From assembly GCA_963718915.1 (NCBI GenBank), contig CAVRAI010000001.1, positions 420,001-452,000 of the forward strand: a stretch of 32,000 nucleotides of DNA, given 5' to 3'. This document shows, one piece after another, positions 8,517 to 15,677 of the stretch. Both the position numbers and the translations under genes were made by a program. Source of the DNA: an uncultured Chloroflexia bacterium (GTDB lineage Bacteria > Chloroflexota > Ktedonobacteria > Ktedonobacterales > JADMIN01). Under the pieces are notes generated by a model. The model made no database searches and was not told the origin of the DNA. It saw only the letters and a list, made by a program, of their open reading frames with translations. The first letter of the stretch is position 1; each line of letters starts with the position of its first letter.

Positions 8517-8998
8517 CCCATCATCCCTTCCTTGCGGCGCTCACTCATAAGTCAGCTCACGGACGTTTCTCGACCCATCATTCCTTGACAGGGGAAATGC
8601 GCGCCTCCTCTCTCACCTCGCTTGACCGAAGCGCTCGGCGCATTCGGCTCGATGCTGTACGCCACACAAGAGCTTCTGAGATCTCGTGCGCGCAGCAACC
8701 CAGCGCCTGCGACAAGTACTCATGCGCTAGAGAATCAGGCCTCAGTACACAAGACTGGGTACCTCAGCAGTTTTCACTACCTTTTCCGCCTGAATGCTTC
8801 AGCATGGCCCCTTTGGGCTACTCTTGCTTGCGTCGGCTCAATCAGGAAGATGCGCTCAGGTGACTGCCACAGTGGCGCTCCGTAGGATGACTTCCCACCA
8901 ATACTGTCATCCCCTAACACCAGCAACGTTGACTCACCGTTGTGGCTGGGTGTTCAGTTCCATCTCCCATAACGCCTGACTGTTGTCGAAGCATAACC

Positions 8999-9043
8999 GG
9001 GGACACTGGGGACACTGGGGACACTGGGGACACTGGGGACACT
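8999..9043. repeat. 5 perfect tandem copies of the 9-bp unit GGGGACACT
   Basis: Copies at 8999..9007, 9008..9016, 9017..9025, 9026..9034 and 9035..9043. The array ends 4 nt before the stop codon (9048..9050) of the minus-strand gene 9048..9689. Confidence 0.97.
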
Positions 9044-9047
9044 GAGG

Positions 9048-9689
9048 TCATTCGTCGGCGGCATCCTCGCGCCGCGCAAAGGCAAGTACGCGATTCCAGT
9101 ACGGAATAGTGGTCGCGATAACGGCGACGATCACCACGACAGCCGCCGCCGCGACGAGGGCGCTTACCTGCCCAAGGTCGAGCACGTCGTAGAGCGCCCA
9201 CGCGCCCAGGAACAGGGTGATCGAGATGATCGAGGGCAGCACACGCACCGGCGATAAGCCCGCCACCTCCTTGAGCACCTCCGCATTCTCTTGCGTATGG
9301 GCGTGCGTCGTGCCCCACGCTACTATGGCGAGACCGAAGGCAAGACCAGCGACAAGGAGCCAGGCTCTCTCGTTGCCATAGACGAAGTACGCCAGGAACA
9401 ATTCCGCCACGAGGAAGCCAAAGGGTACGGCCGAGTCGATCAGCGTCGGCATCCAGACATAGGCCAGCGCCTGCATCAAATACTCGTGCCAGACGAGCAA
9501 GAACGCCAGCAGAGTCGCGGTGGCCAGGAGCCAATTCTCTGGACCAAAATGCTCAGACATCCCCTCGACGCGGATGACGAGGGTTGAGAGCGCGACGCCC
9601 TGGATGATGCTTGTCAGCGTCAGATAGGCCGGGGCGAACTGCTCCCGCAGTCGCGCGGCGACCGACGTTGGTGTCTGCGGGTCACGCAT
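9048..9689 (-). CDS. hypothetical polytopic membrane protein, 213 aa
   Basis: ORF-track frame 9048..9785(-); start chosen at the ATG 9687..9689 (MRDPQTP...) with AAGGAGG upstream. About 6 hydrophobic helices. No family recognised. Confidence 0.65.
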   Translation of the reverse strand: MRDPQTPTSVAARLREQFAPAYLTLTSIIQGVALSTLVIRVEGMSEHFGPENWLLATATLLAFLLVWHEYLMQALAYVWMPTLIDSAVPFGFLVAELFLAYFVYGNERAWLLVAGLAFGLAIVAWGTTHAHTQENAEVLKEVAGLSPVRVLPSIISITLFLGAWALYDVLDLGQVSALVAAAAVVVIVAVIATTIPYWNRVLAFARREDAADE

Positions 9690-9815
9690 CCGATCAGCTG
9701 CCTCCTTCTCACCACCCAGACTGCAACGGCTCTGGTCGCATGTGGATGCACCAAGTATGGCACTTATGCGACGCGAAGGAATCACTGAAATCTTGACGGC
9801 AGACCAGCATTTCGC

Positions 9816-12434
9816 TCAAGCAGGGTTTGCCGATGTGGTTTCAAGCGCTTTTGCCTTGTTCTTAGCGTCCCGCTGCAGTTTCACTGCTTGCTGATATTCG
9901 GCAGGGGCGTTGGCTTTGGTATAGAACTCCAAAGCTTGCTCCGCATATTTGGCCGTTTCCTCAACGTCTTTCTGCACAACGAGAATGGCGCTTTGATCTC
10001 CATAGGTTGCTCGCGCCCAATATAAGCGTGCCAAGTCCAAGCGAATCTGAGGCCGGAGTTCTCGCTGCCCTTGACGACCAAGCTGAGCAAGTGTCTCCAC
10101 ATTTAACTGGATTGCCTCATCCAGAAGGGGAATGCGAAATCCTTCTGGGGCTATAGCTGCTCGCTCATACTGGATGGCACTAAACGTGTGTGCATGCGCA
10201 GCCATTTCCTGTATATTTTGACTGGGATTTGCCTCAGACGCAGATCGAGAGCGATCAGCAGCATGCGCCAACAATTCCTCACGCGCGCTTCCTTCGCTTA
10301 ACATCCCAAGAGTGTATTCACACGCGCTTAAATGGCGCAGAATTTCGGCTCGCTCTCTCGGCTGCCACAAAGATATTGGCAATGACACGTCAAGCGAATT
10401 GGCATAGGCTTCGATTGCTCGTTTGAGGATCTCATCCTTTCTCGGTCGATTCGAAGCATCCGCGCGTAGTCGACATACCTCGCCAAGAGCATGCTGAAGT
10501 CTTATCCATTGATATACATAGTCCTCGCGCGTAAACACCTCCAGCGAGGCGGTAAGTGCGTCACGCGACCCGTCGAGCATCCGACGCCGGGTATCTGCAT
10601 CTTGGGCAAACTGCGCATGGGTAAGAAGTACCAAGCCTAGGTTTTGTTGAGTCGTAGCCCAATCCTCTGGTGCCGTATCACGTCGTAGAATCCTTAATGC
10701 ATCACGGCCCTTCTTTTCGGCGCTATCCAACATGTCGACCCGCTTCCTGCGTCCCACAGTCGTTGTTGCTTCATGTCGGATGACACCAGAAAGTCTGCCC
10801 TGTATTTCTGCCCAGAATGTTGGGTCGCTCTCGCGGCTTACGACCTGAAGCGCGCCATTGAATGCATCCTCTGCCTGTTCCAAGAATTTGCGACGTTGCA
10901 AGGCGTCTGACATCTCGACTCGCCTGCTTAGTACATCTCCGAGGCCGAATTGTGCGGTTGCCCAGTCCTGCTCAGCGGTCGCACGAGTGAGATATTCCAA
11001 TGCGCTGCGATAACATGTCTCAGCCCGCTCATCATTGCCTGATCGTCGGAAAGCGTTGCCGAGCTGCACGAGCGCATAGGCATCCTTTGCTTGTACGAAG
11101 GTTTCCTGGAGTCGTGGCCAGTCGTTCATAGCAGAAGTCGGCTCAGAGTATTCAGGGACAGCGACATCCAGATAGACCTCAGCTATGGGTTCGAGCAGAA
11201 CCACGTGACCGCTATCAACTATGGCCTGACGCAGGAATCCAGCACCCTGCAATGCCTCAACGCCACGAGTCCAATCTGGATGATCAGGTGGATCCAAGAC
11301 CTTTGCCGTCGTCACGACCCGATCAAGTCGGTATTCCTGAATTCCCGCAGAGCGAAGTAGTTTCACAGCATGAAGAATCACCTTGGCTTCATTACGCAAT
11401 CGAGGGTAGACTTCATCACGCATTCGATCAACGGCCAACACGATAGACCCAGGCGTGCCATCGAATCGGCTGGCTGGATAAATGCTTTCTCCTGCTCCTT
11501 TTAGTCGTTCTAGGAGCATGTTTGCCTCAGTAGAGGTTAGATCGCCTGGTCGGATCTGGATGAGATGGTCCAACAATCCGCCGAATCGGGCTTGAGTCTC
11601 CTCAATCTCATCTTCATGGAGCGTTGCTACTACAATGAATGGGATGTGGCGCTCTTCGAGATCGAACGGAAGTCGTGCGATGAGCGATGCATTCCGCTCG
11701 TCTTGATATTTTGAGAGATCGTCAAGCCACAAGACTACCTTGGCGCGCCGTTGTTGAAGCGTTTGCCAGAGTTCGACGTAATGGAGCGGATTCTCGGGCC
11801 ACCGAACAAAGACCCAGGTATTTAGAGACGTCTCAGATTTAAGTGCTTGCCAGGCGAGGCGGGTGGTGCCAAGTAACTTACGTCCGGTCACACAGATGCC
11901 TACCTGTTCGGCAAAGTGGCTAGGGTCCGTGCGTGTAGCAGCCGCAGCCAAGGTCTTTCGAGCCAGTTCGTCAACATCTTCTCCTGTGTCTTTTTCACGC
12001 CGCGGAATATAGATAGTAGCACGATAAAACGGGATCATGCTTGGCATTGGCACAATGCTTTGTATCATACCGAGTCCAAACTCTTTGATCACCTGTTCCG
12101 ACGGACCGGCCTGTGGAGGATGACTTCTGAGATGTACAAGATACGAAATAACACCAATGCAGACCACGCCGCCAAATAACACCAATGAGTACACAGGATT
12201 TGCAAGGAGAGGCCGCGAAATTGCCCAACTTGTAGGATCAGCGAGTCCGGGAGATCCAGTTGTTGCGAAGGAAATGAGAATATTGACGAGTATACCGCCG
12301 ATGAGGATGACACCGATTATGTAGGCGAGGACATGCCAAATTGCATCGAAAAGACGCTTTAGGGGAGTAAGGATGAAACGTTGTGCAAAAGAAGGCGGCG
12401 GAAACAAAGTCGTATCGGTTGCTAGATCTCCCAT
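9816..12434 (-). CDS. membrane-anchored protein with a degenerate P-loop NTPase-like module and C-terminal TPR-type repeats, 872 aa
   Basis: Full ORF with ATG at 12432..12434. At least two N-terminal TM helices (AIWHVLAYIIGVILIGGILVNILISF, VYSLVLFGGVVCIGVISYLV). A Walker-A-like GRKLLGTT (11862..11885) has Thr in place of the Lys, followed by a Walker-B-like VVLWLDD. The C-terminal half has repeating ~40-aa units with DWATAQFGLG / EDWATTQQNLG / FWAEIQGRL signatures, typical of TPR arrays in STAND-type proteins. G+C of a counted sample is about 52%. Confidence 0.8.
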   Translation of the reverse strand: MGDLATDTTLFPPPSFAQRFILTPLKRLFDAIWHVLAYIIGVILIGGILVNILISFATTGSPGLADPTSWAISRPLLANPVYSLVLFGGVVCIGVISYLVHLRSHPPQAGPSEQVIKEFGLGMIQSIVPMPSMIPFYRATIYIPRREKDTGEDVDELARKTLAAAATRTDPSHFAEQVGICVTGRKLLGTTRLAWQALKSETSLNTWVFVRWPENPLHYVELWQTLQQRRAKVVLWLDDLSKYQDERNASLIARLPFDLEERHIPFIVVATLHEDEIEETQARFGGLLDHLIQIRPGDLTSTEANMLLERLKGAGESIYPASRFDGTPGSIVLAVDRMRDEVYPRLRNEAKVILHAVKLLRSAGIQEYRLDRVVTTAKVLDPPDHPDWTRGVEALQGAGFLRQAIVDSGHVVLLEPIAEVYLDVAVPEYSEPTSAMNDWPRLQETFVQAKDAYALVQLGNAFRRSGNDERAETCYRSALEYLTRATAEQDWATAQFGLGDVLSRRVEMSDALQRRKFLEQAEDAFNGALQVVSRESDPTFWAEIQGRLSGVIRHEATTTVGRRKRVDMLDSAEKKGRDALRILRRDTAPEDWATTQQNLGLVLLTHAQFAQDADTRRRMLDGSRDALTASLEVFTREDYVYQWIRLQHALGEVCRLRADASNRPRKDEILKRAIEAYANSLDVSLPISLWQPRERAEILRHLSACEYTLGMLSEGSAREELLAHAADRSRSASEANPSQNIQEMAAHAHTFSAIQYERAAIAPEGFRIPLLDEAIQLNVETLAQLGRQGQRELRPQIRLDLARLYWARATYGDQSAILVVQKDVEETAKYAEQALEFYTKANAPAEYQQAVKLQRDAKNKAKALETTSANPA

Positions 12435-12696
12435 ATTGTTTTTCCTGTCCTAAACTACACTGGTTAGCGCGTGTTCATTTTAAGGACTCCTTCCACCTTA
12501 TCCTGTGGATGCCTAGTATAGGCATGTATCCATCCTTTGTCAATGAGCAGCTAGGCAATGATATGTATGTCAAATATAGCAACATGCACGATTCGCATGT
12601 GGGAAGCATTGAATTGACTAGTTGCCGAAATACTTCAGCACCCACGCCGACTACAAGTGCAGGAAGCGACGCGGACACTAAGCGAATTTTGAGCGC

Positions 12697-12729
12697 AAAA
12701 AGACCCAGGCGTTCCGCAACGACCTGGGT
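12697..12729 (-). terminator. rho-independent terminator downstream of tRNA-Asn
   Basis: On the minus strand ACCCAGG (complement of 12723..12729), a 13-nt loop, and CCTGGGT (complement of 12703..12709) are followed by CTTTTT (complement of 12697..12702). It begins 18 nt after the tRNA 3' end. Confidence 0.6.
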
Positions 12730-12746
12730 TATCCTTGTGGGTTTTC

Positions 12747-12821
12747 TGGCTCCTCGGATAGGATTCGAACCTACAACCTAGCGGTTAACAGCCGCCCGCT
12801 CTACCATTGAGCTACCGAGGA
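12747..12821 (-). tRNA. tRNA-Asn (anticodon GTT), 75 nt with encoded CCA
   Basis: Minus-strand sequence TCCTCGGTAGCTCAATGGTAGAGCGGGCGGCTGTTAACCGCTAGGTTGTAGGTTCGAATCCTATCCGAGGAGCCA. Acceptor stem TCCTCGG/CCGAGGA, D-arm GCTC..GAGC, anticodon loop CTGTTAA, T-arm GTAGG-TTCGAAT-CCTAT. Confidence 0.95.
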
Positions 12822-12954
12822 ATATGGACGCGGCGCGAAGCATTCGCCATGCAGGGCCGCAGCCCAAAGTATACACCGCCACGACGGCTGGCGTCAACCT
12901 GACTGAGTGCCATTCTGTGACGCCAACCATCGTGTCTGCAGCCTGGTGCGCGGC

Positions 12955-14370
12955 TTAGCGGCTCTTCACCAACTCGCGCTTCGGCTTGGCCTGCTGCACG
13001 GGCGCGGTGGGCTTGCGCCGGAACCAGCGCTTATACTCTCCAGTCTCCCAGACATCCAGGATCATACTGGCGTTGAAGATCGACGAGAACGTGCCCGACG
13101 CGATGCCGATCAGCAGCGCCAGCGTGAACTCGCGGATGGACTCGCCGCCGAAGAGCGTCAGCGCGGCCAGCGTGAAGAGCACCGTCAGCGACGTGTTGAG
13201 CGAGCGCGTCATCGTCTGCACCAGGCTGGCATTCACCACCGTATCGAACGACTCCGCCGTCCGCCGCCCCATATTCTCACGGATGCGGTCGAAGACCACA
13301 ATCGTATCGTGGACCGAGAAGCCGATGACCGTCAGCACTGCCGTCAGGAAGAGCGAGTCTACCTTGAAGCCGAAGAAGTGGCCGAAGATCGCCCACAGGC
13401 CCAAGACCACCAGCGCATCGTGCAGCAGCGCGATGATGGCGCTGGCGCCGAACCGGAACGACTGGCGCAGGCTGCCCACCTTGCGGAAGGCAATGCCAAT
13501 GTAGAGCAGAATCGCGGCGGCGGCGAAGACCACCGCCAGGACAGCGTCGCGCGTTGTATCGCTTGAAACTGAACCGCTGACTGAGTCAAGACTGGCCGAA
13601 TACGCAGGCCCAAACTCATGAATCAACTGGCTCGTGATGGTGTTCACGTCCTTGGCGTTGTAGGCCGTCTGCGTGTTGATCTGATAGGTCTGATTGTTCG
13701 CGCCCGGAATGACATTCGTCACCTTCACCGCGTGTTGCTCCGCGGTGGGCGCTGGTGTCGCGGTAGCTGTCGGGGCAGCGGTGGCGGTTGCTGTGGCTCC
13801 AGCCGTGGCGGTCGCGCCTCCCGTCGCGCTCGCGGTGGCGTTCGCCGTTGGGGTCGCCGTGCTGGTGGTTTCGACGGGCGGCGGATCGCTCTTAGGCAGA
13901 TCCTGCAGCGCCTTGGTGATATCGCTCGTGCTTACCACCTTATCGAAGAGAATCACCATCTGCGCGGTCGGCGTCTTCGTGTCAGACGGATAGGCGACGG
14001 TATACATCGTCTTCGTGATCACGGCGCCGCTGTCCAGCTTCTGCATCCGCTTGAGCACCTCAGTCGAGACGTTTGCGCCGATGGGGTGATCGAAGGTGAT
14101 ATAGGCATAGCGGTCCGGCGCGGGCGTATTCTTCGTATCGAGTGGCCTGGTCGCCAGCACGTTCACGTCCTGCGCCTTATCTTGCGTCATAACTCGCTGC
14201 ACCTGGTCGGCCGTCACCGAGTTGCTGGCGAAGACGACGTTGACCGTGCTGCCGCCAGTGAAGTCGATACCCAGGTTCAGGCCCCAGAAGATGAGCGCCA
14301 GCAGACCCGGGACGATGACCACCAGCGAGATGCCAAAGAAGAAGTATTTGTAGCGCGTCAGATGAAACAC
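12955..14370 (-). CDS. secF: protein translocase subunit SecF (unusually long, 471 aa)
   Basis: GTG start at 14368..14370 with GGGGAGGAA upstream. The N-terminus FFGISLVVIVPGLLALIFWGLNLGIDFTGGS and the C-terminal TM bundle with FSVHDTIVVFDRIREN are canonical SecF. The periplasmic domain carries a T/A-rich low-complexity insert. Confidence 0.93.
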   Translation of the reverse strand: MFHLTRYKYFFFGISLVVIVPGLLALIFWGLNLGIDFTGGSTVNVVFASNSVTADQVQRVMTQDKAQDVNVLATRPLDTKNTPAPDRYAYITFDHPIGANVSTEVLKRMQKLDSGAVITKTMYTVAYPSDTKTPTAQMVILFDKVVSTSDITKALQDLPKSDPPPVETTSTATPTANATASATGGATATAGATATATAAPTATATPAPTAEQHAVKVTNVIPGANNQTYQINTQTAYNAKDVNTITSQLIHEFGPAYSASLDSVSGSVSSDTTRDAVLAVVFAAAAILLYIGIAFRKVGSLRQSFRFGASAIIALLHDALVVLGLWAIFGHFFGFKVDSLFLTAVLTVIGFSVHDTIVVFDRIRENMGRRTAESFDTVVNASLVQTMTRSLNTSLTVLFTLAALTLFGGESIREFTLALLIGIASGTFSSIFNASMILDVWETGEYKRWFRRKPTAPVQQAKPKRELVKSR

Positions 14371-14541
14371 CGTCTATTCCTCCCCACCGGAAATCGTATT
14401 TGTAGCGCCTGCGCGCCGGGATGTGGGCGTACCGCCGTTACAGTTGTGTAGCCAGAAAACCGCTGCCTTCAAGCATGGATGCATGTCAGAAGTGGCCAGT
14501 TCTTCTTGACAATCCGCAAGCTTTAGGCAGAAAATGCAAGC

Positions 14542-15654
14542 ATGCGTAAGACGTTCAAGTACCGCCTGTATCCCAATAAGCAGCAAAGATGCCTCCTCGA
14601 GCAGCAGCTTGACGAGTGTAGCTGGCTGTACAACGAATTGCTGGCAGCTCGGCGTGACGCCTGGGAACAACGCCTGGAGTCGCTGCGCCTCTATGACCAG
14701 CAGGCGACGTTGCCGCTGCTCAAAGCGGCTCGCCCGTCGTTGGCTACAGTGCAGTCGCAGGTCTTGCAGAACGTTGCGGTACGCATTGATCTGGCCTTTC
14801 AAGCCTTCTTCCGCCGCGTTCGTACTGGTGAGAAGCCTGGCTACCCGCGCTTTCGCGGCAAGGGGCGCTATGACAGCATCACCTATCCCCAGGTGCCGGT
14901 CGGCTGTAAACTGGACGCTGAGGCGCGGCGCGTCCGGCTGCATGGGGTGGGGCTTGTCAAGATCATCTTGCATCGCCCCTTGGCAGGCACACCCAAAACC
15001 GCCACGATCAGCCGCAGCAGTACCGGAAAGTGGTACATCTGCTTCTCGTGCGAGTGTACAGAACCGCCGCCGTTGCCAGCGACTGGCCAACAGGTCGGCA
15101 TTGATGTTGGCTTGAAGACCTTTGCGACGCTTAGTACAGGACAGGAAATTGCCAATCCGCGTTTCTTCCGGGCGGAGGAGAAAGCATTGGCACAGGTACA
15201 GCGCTCGCACAGCACACTCGCCAAGGGGACGCCAGAACGCGCCAAGCATCGCAAAGTCCTGGCGCGGGTGCATGAGCGCATCGCCTGGCGACGCAGCAAC
15301 TTCGCCCACCAGCACAGCCGCCGCATCGTTGACGGCTGTGATCTCATCGCTGTTGAAGATTTGTCGGTCAATCGGATGACGCATACCCATTGTCTTGCGA
15401 AGAGCATCCATGACGTAGCGTGGAGCCAGTTCACAGCCCTCATCGCCTACAAGGCAGCATGGGCCGGTCGGCGGTATGTCGCTGTGAACCCCGCGTATAC
15501 ATCTCAGGATTGCTCGTCGTGTGGCCATCGGCAAACACTCTCCCTTGCTGACCGCATCTATACCTGCTCCTGTTGCGGCATCGTCTTAGACCGCGACTAT
15601 AACGCCAGTCTGAACATTTTGAGACTGGGGCAACAGTCTCTGGCTTCGGCCTAG
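14542..15654 (+). CDS. tnpB: TnpB (IS200/IS605 OrfB) RNA-guided endonuclease, 370 aa
   Basis: The N-terminus MRKTFKYRLYPNKQQ is the classic OrfB start. RuvC motifs are VGIDVGLKTFA (D188), LIAVEDLSV (E272) and LDRDYNASLNI. The zinc finger is CSSCGH...CSCCG. No internal stops. Confidence 0.95.
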   Translation: MRKTFKYRLYPNKQQRCLLEQQLDECSWLYNELLAARRDAWEQRLESLRLYDQQATLPLLKAARPSLATVQSQVLQNVAVRIDLAFQAFFRRVRTGEKPGYPRFRGKGRYDSITYPQVPVGCKLDAEARRVRLHGVGLVKIILHRPLAGTPKTATISRSSTGKWYICFSCECTEPPPLPATGQQVGIDVGLKTFATLSTGQEIANPRFFRAEEKALAQVQRSHSTLAKGTPERAKHRKVLARVHERIAWRRSNFAHQHSRRIVDGCDLIAVEDLSVNRMTHTHCLAKSIHDVAWSQFTALIAYKAAWAGRRYVAVNPAYTSQDCSSCGHRQTLSLADRIYTCSCCGIVLDRDYNASLNILRLGQQSLASA

Positions 15655-15657
15655 AAG

Positions 15658-15677
15658 CTCCCGCATTTATGCGGGAG
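15658..15677 (+). other. 8-bp stem hairpin at the IS right end, overlapping the secD stop codon
   Basis: CTCCCGCA-TTTA-TGCGGGAG, starting 4 nt after the tnpB stop. The secD stop codon (complement of 15667..15669) lies in its loop. Confidence 0.8.

Larger units (their letters stand above)
14442..15677 (+). mobile_element. IS200/IS605-family (IS1341-like) element carrying only tnpB; boundaries approximate (+/- about 20 bp)
   Basis: It occupies the whole secD-secF junction, on the opposite strand to secDF, with no tnpA. A TTAC tetranucleotide (14438..14441) lies at the proposed left junction. A subterminal hairpin (15658..15677) lies at the right end. AGTTGT occurs at both junctions (14442..14447 and 15678..15683). 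Confidence 0.6.

Noticed and set aside
8999-9043. Possible CRISPR or coding VSP-repeat (ORF 8914..9534 minus reads VSPVSPVSPVSPVSPV)
   Set aside because: The units are directly abutting with no spacers, so this is not a CRISPR array. The 206-aa ORF overlaps the well-supported membrane-protein gene out of frame and is otherwise R/G/A-rich junk.
9786-12746. Integrase gene or att direct repeat defining the low-GC islet as a classical tRNA-integrated island
   Set aside because: No tyrosine or serine recombinase ORF is present. I could not find a copy of the tRNA-Asn 3' segment at the distal end by eye. The island call therefore rests on composition and position only.
12907-14451. Plus-strand ORFs 12907..13566, 12986..13504 and 13618..14451 opposite secF
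   Set aside because: These are shadow ORFs opposite a canonical SecF. Their translations are R/G/H-rich low-complexity sequence.
14506-14534. TTGACA (14506..14511) + 17 nt + AGAAAA as a tnpB promoter in the IS left end
   Set aside because: The -35 is perfect but the -10 is poor, and the implied TSS would lie almost on the ATG. This is too weak to list as a feature.
14374-15534. 386-aa ORF antisense to tnpB
   Set aside because: It lies exactly opposite a gene with unmistakable TnpB motifs, and its product is R/A/L-rich with no motif. This is a typical shadow ORF of GC-rich DNA. Only its last 23 codons are discussed, as a possible former secD tail.
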